Of a stretch of 64,000 bases of DNA, positions 29,689 to 39,052 are shown in pieces (the stretch's first letter is position 1; each line of letters opens with the position of its first letter). Location of the stretch: assembly GCA_026396015.1 (NCBI GenBank), contig JAPLXP010000003.1, positions 176,974-240,973 on the forward strand. The letters are read 5' to 3'. The DNA is from Candidatus Nomurabacteria bacterium (GTDB taxonomy: Bacteria; Patescibacteriota; Minisyncoccia; Phycocordibacterales; UBA9973). The notes under the pieces were generated by a model. That model made no database searches, was not told the origin of the DNA, and saw nothing but the letters and a program-made list of their open reading frames with translations. A program made the translations under genes and the position numbers.

Positions 29689-31911
29689 CTATTTTTTATT
29701 TGATTTTATATCTTCTCCCAATTTGTGTGGATTGTGATTCTTGCACATCTTGTTGCTACATCGCTCTGGTATTGTCTTTGTGCCTTCCATCATCAGACTG
29801 TCGCACATAGGGCATATGTTGCCAGTAGGTTTTGTTTTTATCGCATTTTTACATGTTGGATAATTTGAACATGAGTAAAATATTCCAAATCGTCCTCGAC
29901 GCTCCATCATCTCACCATCTTTACACATAGGACATTTTACTCCAGACATCTTCTTTTTCTTTTCTTCTTCGTCTTCCTTTATGAATTTACATTTAGGATA
30001 ACGTGAACAAGATACGAATGCTCCAAATTTTCCTTGGCGGATTACCAATTTGCCACCGCCACTCTTGCCTTTCTTCTCTCCGCAGAGGGGACATAGTTCA
30101 CCAGTTTCTTTTGGGCCTTCTAGTTCATTGCCTTCCAGTGTTCTAGCTCCATCACAATCTGGATAATTTGCACAAGAGTAAAATTTGCCATTACGAGCGA
30201 GCTTTACGATCATAGCTCCATCACATTTTGGACATTTCATTTCTGCAGGTGCCTCACCCATATTTGTAGCTTTGGCTAGTTTGTCTTTTTCCTTTACATC
30301 TTTTTGGAATGGTATATAGAAATCTTTTAGAGTTTTTACGTATTCACGATTGCCATTTGAGATATCATCTAGTTGATCCTCCATATCTGCTGTGAATGTA
30401 TCACTGATGTACTCTGCAAAATTTGTCTCAAGGAATGACGATACTACATCACCAGTATCTGTAGGATATAGTGTGCGTCCTTCTTTATTTACATAGCCAC
30501 GCTCTTCGAGTGTACGCATAATAGCTGCATATGTAGATGGGCGACCGATACCTCGAGCCTCGAGCTCCTTTACCAATCCAGCTTCACTGTATCTGTTTGG
30601 TGGCTCTGTGAATTTCTCTGTATTTTTAAGTTCAAGAAGTTTTAGTTCTTCACCTACTTCTACCTCTGGTAGCTCTACGTCTTCACCGCGAGCATCTGTA
30701 TCACAAGCGAGCCATCCAGGGAATAGTACCCGTGAACCATTTGCAGTAAAATCTGGAATCTCTCCATTCTTAATGTTTGCAATAATCTTTGTCTTCATCA
30801 ATTTTGCATCAGTCATCTGTGAAGAAATAGCACGCTCCCAGATGAGGCGGTACAATTTCTTTTGTTCTTCATTTGAACCCTCGCTCATATTTTCGACATG
30901 AGTAGGGCGGATAGCTTCGTGGGCCTCCTGAGCATTTTTGGACTTTGTCTTGTATGTGTGAGCCTCAGCATATTCAGGGCCATATTTTTTCTCTACGACT
31001 TTCAATATTTGAGCCTGGGCCACAGCGGATACATTTGTACTATCTGTACGCATGTATGTGATATAACCTTGCTCGTAGAGCTTCTGAGCTACCTGCATAG
31101 TACGTGAAGGTGCAAATCCTAGGCGAGTAGATGCTACCTGCTGGAGTGTAGATGTAGTGAATGGTGCACGAGCACTTCTCTTTTGTTCGCTTGCTTTTAG
31201 ATCTGTGACGTACCATTTTTCTTTTTGACCTAGTGCCATGATATTTTTCACGATCTTTTCATCACGAGGTTCATCGACACACGATAGTGTCATTTGTACT
31301 TTTTTCTTTGATTCGAATAGTCCTTCTAGCGTCCAATATTTTTCTGGTACGAATGCACGGATCTCGCGCTCACGCTCCATGATGATGCGTAGTGCGGGGG
31401 ATTGTACACGACCAGCGGAAAGACCATAGCGGACCTTTTTCCAGATCACTCCTGATAGATCGTATCCTACAAGACGGTCTAGGACTCGGCGAGCCTCTTG
31501 AGCCTTGCGCAAATTTGTATCTATTTGTCTAGGTTTAGCGAGGGCCTCCTCTACAGCTTCTTTTGTGATTTCATGAAAAGTCGCACGATTAATAGGAGCC
31601 TTTATTTTTTTATCAGCTTTGAGTAATTCCTCTATGTGCCATGCTATAGCTTCTCCTTCGCGGTCCGGGTCAGTCGCGAGTGTGATGTCTGTAGCTTTTT
31701 TTGCTAGCTCTTGGAGTTCATGGACAACTTTTTCTTTCCCCTTGGATATCTCATAGTGAGGCACAAATCCAGCCTCTATATCTATAGCTTGTTTGTTCGA
31801 CTTTGGAAGATCACGAATATGTCCGACAGATGCACGGACTGTGTATTTGCCATCTAAATATTTTTCAATTGTCTTTGCTTTTGAAGGTGATTCTACGATA
31901 AGTAATTTCAT
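29689..31911 (-). CDS. topA: DNA topoisomerase I
   Basis: TOPRIM N-terminus MKLLIVESPSKAKTIEKYL; catalytic Tyr in the YITYMRTDS motif (residues 283-291); three C4 zinc ribbons at the C-terminus. Confidence 0.9.
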   Translation of the reverse strand: MKLLIVESPSKAKTIEKYLDGKYTVRASVGHIRDLPKSNKQAIDIEAGFVPHYEISKGKEKVVHELQELAKKATDITLATDPDREGEAIAWHIEELLKADKKIKAPINRATFHEITKEAVEEALAKPRQIDTNLRKAQEARRVLDRLVGYDLSGVIWKKVRYGLSAGRVQSPALRIIMEREREIRAFVPEKYWTLEGLFESKKKVQMTLSCVDEPRDEKIVKNIMALGQKEKWYVTDLKASEQKRSARAPFTTSTLQQVASTRLGFAPSRTMQVAQKLYEQGYITYMRTDSTNVSAVAQAQILKVVEKKYGPEYAEAHTYKTKSKNAQEAHEAIRPTHVENMSEGSNEEQKKLYRLIWERAISSQMTDAKLMKTKIIANIKNGEIPDFTANGSRVLFPGWLACDTDARGEDVELPEVEVGEELKLLELKNTEKFTEPPNRYSEAGLVKELEARGIGRPSTYAAIMRTLEERGYVNKEGRTLYPTDTGDVVSSFLETNFAEYISDTFTADMEDQLDDISNGNREYVKTLKDFYIPFQKDVKEKDKLAKATNMGEAPAEMKCPKCDGAMIVKLARNGKFYSCANYPDCDGARTLEGNELEGPKETGELCPLCGEKKGKSGGGKLVIRQGKFGAFVSCSRYPKCKFIKEDEEEKKKKMSGVKCPMCKDGEMMERRGRFGIFYSCSNYPTCKNAIKTKPTGNICPMCDSLMMEGTKTIPERCSNKMCKNHNPHKLGEDIKSNKK

Positions 31912-31926
31912 TTTAGTTTATTTTTT

Positions 31927-31990
31927 TAGTTCCTAGGTTTTAGTAAATTTACTAGAAACTAGAACCTAGTTACTAGTACCTAACCTAGAG
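31927..31990. repeat. CTAG-rich hairpin repeat, copy C
   Basis: cctaggttt TAGTAAATTTACTA gaaactagaacctagttactagtacctaacctaga; palindromic core; between topA start and dprA end. Confidence 0.55.
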
Positions 31991-32039
31991 TATTACACGA
32001 AAGAATATTTTTTTGCAAATGGTGTATTGAAAAATAAAA

Positions 32040-32903
32040 TTATATTTTTCTAATTTCACCAAGTTCTTCACATATCAATTCCTTTATCTCCATAATTGAA
32101 AGGAGGGCGTTTGCAGAGGCGATATTCATACCAGAGGCACGGACTAGGTCGTCACGCTCCATGGGTTCTTCTAGTAATTCTATAATTTTTAATTCATCAG
32201 GTCCGCAGTCTGCGTATTTATCTTTTTCGCACATGCTCTTGTCTACCTCAAATCCAAGTGCCTCGAGGAGTTCTGCACTGTTTGTGATCGGTGTCGCACC
32301 TTGTCTGATGAGTCTATTTGTACCACTAGATGTATTTGAGAATACGGATCCAGGTATTACTAGCACGTCACGATTGTAGTCTAGCGCCATACGCGCAGTG
32401 ATCAGTGTGCCGGATTTTTCTGCGGCCTCTATGACGAGTGTCGCTCGAGATATGCCAGCCATTAATCTATTGCGCTGGGGGAAGGTATATAATTCGGCTT
32501 TCATCATCGGCGGGAATTCTGCCATCACGCATCCACCATTATCCACAATCTCTTCTGCGAGATTTATATTATTTTTGGGATATAGGACTTTTGGATCGAC
32601 TCCTGATCCTGGCATCGCCATAGTGATGAGACCAGCCTTCATAGCACTACGATGAGCTATAGCATCGATACCCATAGCGAGTCCCGATACGATTACGACA
32701 GGATACCCGCGAAGACCTGCGATTAATTTCTCGCAAATGTCGCGACCATAGTTCGTATGATTGCGTGATCCTACGACAGCGAGGAATACGTATTCATTTT
32801 CTTTTGGTAGTACTCCACGTATATAGAGCTCTTTGGGTGGCTGGGGAATTTCAAGTAGTGCTTTGGGGAATTGCTCAGGTTTTAATTTAATAATACTTTG
32901 CAT
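32040..32903 (-). CDS. dprA: DNA-processing protein DprA (Smf)
   Basis: Rossmann-like DprA core (VVGSRNHTNYG...GIDAIAHRSAM). Start placed at MQSIIKL; the track start 32954 would overlap the repeat element. Confidence 0.8.
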   Translation of the reverse strand: MQSIIKLKPEQFPKALLEIPQPPKELYIRGVLPKENEYVFLAVVGSRNHTNYGRDICEKLIAGLRGYPVVIVSGLAMGIDAIAHRSAMKAGLITMAMPGSGVDPKVLYPKNNINLAEEIVDNGGCVMAEFPPMMKAELYTFPQRNRLMAGISRATLVIEAAEKSGTLITARMALDYNRDVLVIPGSVFSNTSSGTNRLIRQGATPITNSAELLEALGFEVDKSMCEKDKYADCGPDELKIIELLEEPMERDDLVRASGMNIASANALLSIMEIKELICEELGEIRKI

Positions 32904-32929
32904 AGTTTTATTTATTAATATTCTTTCGT

Positions 32930-33027
32930 GAAATAAGCTCTTCTCTAAACACACGCATATTTTTCTGTTGAAAAATTGCTCTGCTCGGCTACCCGCCTGC
33001 GCAAGTTGTTTTTCGAAGACTTATTTT
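32930..33027. mobile_element. MITE-like dispersed repeat, copy i (short variant)
   Basis: TIRs gaaataagctcttctc / gaagacttatttt; shares gagcagag...aatttttcaacagaaaaata / ttgcgcagg modules with copies ii-iv. Confidence 0.6.
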
Positions 33028-33079
33028 CACTACAGAAGATTCATTTGTATATTCTACCATTTTTTACTATACTTGAAAG

Positions 33080-34345
33080 ATGTTAGACATTAAATTCATA
33101 AAAGAGAATAAAGAACTCATAGCTATGGCCGCTACTAAAAAGCGTATGAAGTTCGATGTTGAAGAACTAATAAAGGCTGATGATAAAAGGCTGGAAATGC
33201 TCCTATCTGTAGAAGCTCTACGTGGCGAGCAGAATAAAGTCAGCTCTACTATATCTATGGAGAGGGACGAGGCAGCTCGAGCTCAGATGATCGAGGAGAT
33301 GCGTGTCGTCAAAGATGAATTAAAGCAAAAAGAAGATGAACTCCGTGAATTGATGGTAGCTTGGCAGAGTCTTATGCTACAAGTTCCGAATATTCCAGAT
33401 ATGTCTGTACCCGATGGCGAGAGTGATGAAGAGAATCAGGAGATAAAAGTTTGGGGTGAAAAACCGCAATTTGATTTTGAGCCCAAGGATCACGTAGAAT
33501 TGATGACCAATCTAAAAATGGTGGACTTTGAGCGTGGTGCAAAAGTGCACGGATTTCGCGGATACTTTCTACTCGGTGATGGGGCACTCCTTTCATTTGC
33601 TATCTGGCAGTATGCGATGGAATTTTTTCGAAATAAAGGATTCACACCTATCATCCCACCAGTAATAGTCCGCAAGCAGAATCTGTATGGTACAGGTCAT
33701 CTTCCTGGCGACACAGAGGACTACTATATGACTCAAGATGGTGATGCACTCGCTGGTACAGCCGAGGTGCCTTTGATGGGATTCCATGCAGATGAGATTC
33801 TCGATGCAAAAGAATTCCCAATTAAATATCTTGGATTTTCTCCATGCTTCCGTCGTGAAGCTGGTAGTCATTCAAAAGATGTAAAGGGCCTGATTCGCGT
33901 TCATGAATTTTACAAATTCGAGCAAGTCATACTATGTGAGGCTAGTCATGCTACATCTGTGGCATACCATGATGAGATAAATCGCAACACAGAAGAATTC
34001 ATCGAATCTCTAGGAATCCCATATCATACTGTGATCAACTGCGGAGGGGATCTAGGTCAGGGTCAAGTAAAGAAATACGACATCGAACTCTGGGTGCCAA
34101 AGGAGAATAAATATCGTGAGATTTCTAGTGCCTCATACTTCCATGATTTCCAGACACGAAGATGCAATATTCGCTACCGTGATGAAGAAGGCAAGATGAA
34201 GTATGCCCACTCTCTGAATTGTACTGCGATACCGACTCCACGTATTCTCGTATCAATGATTGAAAATTTCCAACAAGCTGATGGTACTATCCGTGTACCA
34301 GCTGTATTGCAAAAATATTTAGGTAAAGAAATAATCTCAAGATAA
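33080..34345 (+). CDS. serS: serine--tRNA ligase
   Basis: N-terminal coiled-coil arm and class II motifs (FRRE, GSHSKDVKGLIRVHEF). Confidence 0.9.
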   Translation: MLDIKFIKENKELIAMAATKKRMKFDVEELIKADDKRLEMLLSVEALRGEQNKVSSTISMERDEAARAQMIEEMRVVKDELKQKEDELRELMVAWQSLMLQVPNIPDMSVPDGESDEENQEIKVWGEKPQFDFEPKDHVELMTNLKMVDFERGAKVHGFRGYFLLGDGALLSFAIWQYAMEFFRNKGFTPIIPPVIVRKQNLYGTGHLPGDTEDYYMTQDGDALAGTAEVPLMGFHADEILDAKEFPIKYLGFSPCFRREAGSHSKDVKGLIRVHEFYKFEQVILCEASHATSVAYHDEINRNTEEFIESLGIPYHTVINCGGDLGQGQVKKYDIELWVPKENKYREISSASYFHDFQTRRCNIRYRDEEGKMKYAHSLNCTAIPTPRILVSMIENFQQADGTIRVPAVLQKYLGKEIISR

Positions 34346-34346
34346 T

Positions 34347-35216
34347 ATGTCCAAGACGCGTGACATACTAACATCACCGCGCGTAGAGGAGATAAAGCGC
34401 ACAAAAAGAAAGGCGAATATTCGTCTTTCTGTTTTGTTTTTTGTATTGTTCATCGTACTGGTCGCCGGTCTTTCTTTTTTGTCTAATTACAAAAAGATGA
34501 CGATCAATATTATCGTTGTGAATGGCACTAGGATAATAAATCAGAGTGATGTTCAGGATTTTGTCGAAGGTAAGATGTCTGGAAAATATCTGTATATGTT
34601 CAATCGCCATAATGCCTTTATCTATCCTCACGATACTATATATGATGGACTACTGAAAAAGTTTACTCGTATAGAAAAATTATCTTTAAATGTAAAGAAT
34701 GTAAATACTCTAGAGATTTATATTAAAGAAAGATCAGGGTCATATATGTGGTGTGGGGACAAAGTTCCAGTAAATGAAGAAGAGAAAGGGGAGAATTGTT
34801 ATTTTATTAATGACGATGGATACATTTTTGATAATGCACCATACGTGTCTGGTAATTTGTATTTTAAATATTATTTACCTCTAGCAAATGCTGAAAATAT
34901 TTTAGGTAGTCAGATGCTATCTCCTGAAATATTCCATAATACTATTCGATTATCAGATACCATCAGAGAATCCGGACTAGATCCGATAATGATCACCGAA
35001 GATGCTGACTATTGGTATGTGCATTTGAATCACAGAGAGTCAGCTACATCTCCGTACATTATATTCAGAAAAGATTCTGATTTAGATAAGGTAGGAGAAG
35101 ATATAAAACTATCCATGAATCAAAAAGAATTCAGAGATGAAATAAATGGAAAATATGATACACTCCTGTACATCGATATGAGATTCAAAAATAAGGTTTT
35201 TTATAAGTTCCAGTAA
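34347..35216 (+). CDS. hypothetical bitopic membrane protein (possible FtsQ/DivIB-like POTRA protein)
   Basis: Cytoplasmic basic N-terminus, one TM, then IVVNGTRIINQSDVQDFVEG resembling a POTRA start; weak. Confidence 0.35.
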   Translation: MSKTRDILTSPRVEEIKRTKRKANIRLSVLFFVLFIVLVAGLSFLSNYKKMTINIIVVNGTRIINQSDVQDFVEGKMSGKYLYMFNRHNAFIYPHDTIYDGLLKKFTRIEKLSLNVKNVNTLEIYIKERSGSYMWCGDKVPVNEEEKGENCYFINDDGYIFDNAPYVSGNLYFKYYLPLANAENILGSQMLSPEIFHNTIRLSDTIRESGLDPIMITEDADYWYVHLNHRESATSPYIIFRKDSDLDKVGEDIKLSMNQKEFRDEINGKYDTLLYIDMRFKNKVFYKFQ

Positions 35217-35221
35217 AATTT

Positions 35222-35356
35222 AAAATAAGCTCTTCTCGAAAAGCACGAATATTTTTCTGGTGAAAAATTTCTCTGCTCGTCGCTCAAGAAAATAACATTC
35301 GTAAACTCATTTATTTTCTAAGCTCCTGCGCAAGACTTTTCTCGAAGACTTATTTT
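35222..35356. mobile_element. MITE-like dispersed repeat, copy ii
   Basis: Reverse complement is ~90% identical to copy iii; TIRs aaaataagctcttctcg / cgaagacttatttt. Confidence 0.65.
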
Positions 35357-35378
35357 AAATTTTACTTAACAATATATT

Positions 35379-36509
35379 ATGAACAATTTCTGGGAAAAAT
35401 TAAATAAACCATTCTTTGTATTGGCTCCGATGGCAGATGTCACTGATCCAGCTTTTCGTCGCATCATAGCAAAGTATGGCAAGCCCGATGTGACTTGGAC
35501 AGAATTCGTATCTGCTGATGGCCTTGCTCATCCTGTCGCTCGTGAGAAATTAATTCGCGATTTAGCATATACGGAAACAGAGCGTCCAATAGTGGCTCAA
35601 CTATTTTCTAGTCATCCAGAACAAATGCGTACTGCAGCTCGTATCGTGGCGGAGCTCGGCTATGATGGTATCGACATCAATATGGGATGCCCTGATAGAT
35701 CTATAGAAAAGCAGGGTGCAGGTGCTGCGATGATGAAGACTCCAGATATAGCAGGTGTAATAATTCAAGCAGCCAAGGATGGGATACGAGATGCAGGCAA
35801 GGATATTCCATTGTCTGTAAAAACTCGCGTAGGATACAACCAAGTTCAGATAGATGAGTGGATACCATTCCTACTTTCTCAAGATATCGCCACTCTGACT
35901 GTGCATGCGAGAACTCGAAAAGAATTGTCCTCTGTGCCTGCAAACTGGTCATATGTAAAAAAAGTTGTAGAGATACGAAATAAAATGGGAGTAAAAACCA
36001 GGATCATTGGCAATGGTGATGTGCACAATGTGGCTCATGGTAGGCAGCTTGCTCTTGAAACGGGCTGCGATGGCATCATGATCGGCCGCGCGATATTCGG
36101 CAATCCGTGGATGTTCGCTAATACTGTGGATGATACGAGCAAAAAAAATGTATCCGAAAAAAGTCTTGCGCAGCGCGACTGGCGCGAGCAGAGCAAATTT
36201 TTAGCAAAAAATTATGTGTGCTTTTTGAGGAAATATTTTTTGGGCGAGTCTAAAAAAGATAAAGATAGATATTGGCTAGAGAATAAGATAGATATACCAG
36301 TATCTGAGAGACTACGAGTACTAGTAGAGCATACAAAACTATACGAAGAACTACTGGGTGACATTAAAAGTTTCTCAATAATGAAAAAGCACTACAAGGC
36401 ATACTGCAATGGATTCACCGGTGCAAAGGAGCTGCGTATGCAATTGATGGATTCTAATAGTGCAGAGGAGGTAGAAAATATAATAGATACTTTTTTAAAA
36501 ACACTTTAA
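35379..36509 (+). CDS. tRNA-dihydrouridine synthase
   Basis: Dus TIM-barrel N-terminus FVLAPMADVTDPAFRRI and catalytic Cys region GIDINMGCP. Confidence 0.85.
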   Translation: MNNFWEKLNKPFFVLAPMADVTDPAFRRIIAKYGKPDVTWTEFVSADGLAHPVAREKLIRDLAYTETERPIVAQLFSSHPEQMRTAARIVAELGYDGIDINMGCPDRSIEKQGAGAAMMKTPDIAGVIIQAAKDGIRDAGKDIPLSVKTRVGYNQVQIDEWIPFLLSQDIATLTVHARTRKELSSVPANWSYVKKVVEIRNKMGVKTRIIGNGDVHNVAHGRQLALETGCDGIMIGRAIFGNPWMFANTVDDTSKKNVSEKSLAQRDWREQSKFLAKNYVCFLRKYFLGESKKDKDRYWLENKIDIPVSERLRVLVEHTKLYEELLGDIKSFSIMKKHYKAYCNGFTGAKELRMQLMDSNSAEEVENIIDTFLKTL

Positions 36510-36578
36510 TTTGACCCTAAAGGACTAAATTTTCTACAAATTGGTTACAATTTAAGAAAATTCGAGTATAATATCCAC

Positions 36579-37625
36579 ATGTCTAAAAAAGAAGAATCAA
36601 ATATCGCTCTATATACAAAGTACCGCCCCGAGAATTTTGACGAGGTGATAGGCCAGGATCATATCGTGAATGCTATTCGTGGATCTATATCTGCTGGTAA
36701 AGTTGCGCACGCATATCTACTATCTGGCCCACGTGGTACTGGTAAGACTACTATCGCACGTATCATCGCCCGAGAACTAGGTACAAGTGTCAATGATATA
36801 TATGAGATGGATGCAGCATCTAATCGCAAGATTGAAGATGCCCGTGATATCCGCGAGAGTGTGCGTACACTGCCATTTGATTCTAAATACAAAGTCTACA
36901 TCCTCGACGAGGTGCATATGCTGACAAAAGAGGCATGGAATGCACTGCTAAAGACCATCGAAGAGCCACCAGAATATGTGGTATTCATCCTCGCTACTAC
37001 AGAGCTCGCAAAAGTACCAGAGACAATAGTCTCTCGTTGTCAGACTTTTACTTTCAAAAAACCTACAGAAAAAATCTTGGCTGATATCGTGAATAATACT
37101 GCGAAGAAGGAAGGGTATACACTCGAGGCTGGTGGCGCAGAAGTCATCGCATTAATCTCTGATGGAGCTTTTCGTGATGCATTATCTACTCTGCAAAAAG
37201 TCATTTCATTCTCACAAAGTAAAAAAATAAGTCTGGAACAAATCCTCGAAGTGACTGGATCACCAGATATCACTCTTGTCGATGACTTCCTCCGAGCTAT
37301 TGCCCACAAAGATATCGAGCGGGGGTACATGGCTATCAATGCAGTATCCGCACAGAATAGTGATATGCGTCTATATATGAAGATGGTCCTAGTAAAGATG
37401 CGCGCTGCACTACTACTACGCTATGCACCAAAGATGGAAAATATCATACCACTCTCAGAAAAAGATAAAACATTCCTAGGGGAGCTTGTCCTTGAAAAGC
37501 CAGAGCATATTTCATCTCGTGCACTATCTATACTTCTCGAAGCATATCAAATGTCTAGTCACTCAAGCATCGCCGAGCTACCACTGGAATTGGCGCTCGT
37601 AAAAATCCTACAGGTTGAAAAATAA
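36579..37625 (+). CDS. dnaX: DNA polymerase III subunit gamma/tau (short form)
   Basis: YRPENFDEVIGQDHIV, Walker A GPRGTGKTT, DEVH box, sensor motifs; 348 aa. -10 TATAAT lies 17 nt upstream of the ATG. Confidence 0.75.
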   Translation: MSKKEESNIALYTKYRPENFDEVIGQDHIVNAIRGSISAGKVAHAYLLSGPRGTGKTTIARIIARELGTSVNDIYEMDAASNRKIEDARDIRESVRTLPFDSKYKVYILDEVHMLTKEAWNALLKTIEEPPEYVVFILATTELAKVPETIVSRCQTFTFKKPTEKILADIVNNTAKKEGYTLEAGGAEVIALISDGAFRDALSTLQKVISFSQSKKISLEQILEVTGSPDITLVDDFLRAIAHKDIERGYMAINAVSAQNSDMRLYMKMVLVKMRAALLLRYAPKMENIIPLSEKDKTFLGELVLEKPEHISSRALSILLEAYQMSSHSSIAELPLELALVKILQVEK

Positions 37626-37656
37626 TCGATTTTAAGGTATCCTATAGGAGTTTTAT

Positions 37657-37727
37657 TAGGGGATCGTCTAACGGTAGGACAGAAGCCTTTGAAGCTTTTA
37701 ATCTAGGTTCGATTCCTAGTCCCCTAG
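37657..37727 (+). tRNA. tRNA-Gln (anticodon TTG)
   Basis: U1:A72 with G73 discriminator, D-stem gtct/ggac, anticodon arm gaagc-cuUUGaa-gcttt, T-arm ctaggttcgattcctag. Confidence 0.8.
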
Positions 37728-37735
37728 CAATATTT

Positions 37736-38059
37736 ATGAAAACTCTAAAGTTTGTACAAAATTTAGTCCCACTAGTTTTGTCTGAAGAAAAGACTTCTAC
37801 TTGGAGGCTCTTTGATGATAAAGATTTAAAGGTAGGAGATAAATTGAATCTGATAAATAAGGATAATGGAGAAGAATTTGCAAAGGCTATAATTATTGGA
37901 GTTAAAGAAAAAAAGCTAGGTGATATAAACAATGATGATTATGTTGGTCATGAAAAATTCAAGGGAAAGGAAATAATGATGAATACGTATAAAATGTATT
38001 ATGGAGACAATGTGGACAAAGATACTTTAATAAAAATGATTAATTTTAAAATGTTATAA
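37736..38059 (+). CDS. ASCH domain protein (PUA-like RNA-binding fold)
   Basis: LVLSEEKTSTWRLFDDKDLKVGDKL matches the ASCH signature (ILSGKKTIEIR...kvGD). Confidence 0.5.
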   Translation: MKTLKFVQNLVPLVLSEEKTSTWRLFDDKDLKVGDKLNLINKDNGEEFAKAIIIGVKEKKLGDINNDDYVGHEKFKGKEIMMNTYKMYYGDNVDKDTLIKMINFKML

Positions 38060-38067
38060 TATTTTGT

Positions 38068-38433
38068 ATGAAAAATTTAGAAAATTTATATTCAAAATTA
38101 GATAATTCCAAAAATAGAATTGATGGAGTTTTACAGGATTATGCAAATGATTTTTTTGCCCTGCATATTCAATTAATGAGTGGAATAAAAAATGTGAGAG
38201 ATTTATTTAAAAATGGATATAAAATTAAAACTGTACAGGAATATTTGTTTCAACATAGAAATGAAATTCATTCCATAAAAAATATTACACCAGAAGATGA
38301 GCAGGATCCAGTTTTCGTTGAAAAATCTGAAAAATTAAATAACCTTGCAAATACATTAAATATACTTGGTGAACATATCAATGAAGTTGAAATTAAAAAA
38401 ACATTAGAAGAAGTTAAAAAAATAATATATTAA
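38068..38433 (+). CDS. hypothetical protein
   Basis: 121-aa helical ORF; no motif recognised. Confidence 0.3.
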   Translation: MKNLENLYSKLDNSKNRIDGVLQDYANDFFALHIQLMSGIKNVRDLFKNGYKIKTVQEYLFQHRNEIHSIKNITPEDEQDPVFVEKSEKLNNLANTLNILGEHINEVEIKKTLEEVKKIIY

Positions 38434-38506
38434 TTCTCAATAAAAACAGTATGTAATGTACTGTTTTTGTTTATAAAATAAGGGTATTTTGACTACTTGT
38501 GGGGTA

Positions 38507-38535
38507 TTGACAAAATAAGCCAAAGGGTGTATAAT
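38507..38535 (+). promoter_or_regulatory. sigma70-type promoter TTGACA-N17-TATAAT
   Basis: Consensus hexamers 10 nt upstream of ATG 38545. Confidence 0.5.
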
Positions 38536-38544
38536 AGGAACATT

Positions 38545-39003
38545 ATGAAAAAAGCAATTATATTTTTATCTGTTGGCTTTATGGCTCTGGGAATGGCATT
38601 TTTCACTCTTCCTGCAAAGTCTGAAGCTTTTACAGTATCTTTTGGTAATCTCGGAAATTACGGATCTAGTTATGGAGCAGGTTATGGTATAGGATATGGC
38701 AATACTTATGGTGGATACGGAGGTTATGGCTATGGCTATGGCCAAGGCGGCGCTGTGACATCTGGATACACTAGTGGTACTGGATACCCTTCAGCAAATT
38801 ATAATAATTATGGTATGGGTGGATACGGAATGAATACAGGATATGGTATGAATACAGGATATGGTATGGGATATGCCTCAAGCTACGGCATGGGTTATGG
38901 TTCAAGCTATGGAAGGGGCTACGGTTCAGGATACGGTATGGGATACACATCAGGTTATGGAGGATACGGAGGAGGATACGGATGTTTTATATTTTGTTTT
39001 TAA
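38545..39003 (+). CDS. secreted Gly/Tyr-rich low-complexity protein
   Basis: Signal peptide MKKAIIFLSVGFMALGMAFFTLPAKSEA then ~120 aa of GYG/YGMG repeats ending CFIFCF. Track start 38497 lies upstream of the -10 element. Confidence 0.5.
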   Translation: MKKAIIFLSVGFMALGMAFFTLPAKSEAFTVSFGNLGNYGSSYGAGYGIGYGNTYGGYGGYGYGYGQGGAVTSGYTSGTGYPSANYNNYGMGGYGMNTGYGMNTGYGMGYASSYGMGYGSSYGRGYGSGYGMGYTSGYGGYGGGYGCFIFCF

Positions 39004-39011
39004 AAGAATAA

Positions 39012-39052
39012 ATAAAAAGAGCCGCGACATTTGTCGCGGCTCTTTTTATTTA
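39012..39052. terminator. bidirectional terminator (aaagagccgcgacatttgtcgcggctcttt)
   Basis: Perfect 13-bp stem with flanking A/T runs between convergent genes. Confidence 0.75.

Noticed and set aside
29645-29690. Terminator hairpin between rel and topA (gagcccgacatggggccggac)
   Set aside because: I could not identify a clean stem by eye; not annotated.
37642-37932. 96-aa minus-strand ORF
   Set aside because: It overlaps tRNA-Gln and the ASCH gene on the opposite strand; spurious.
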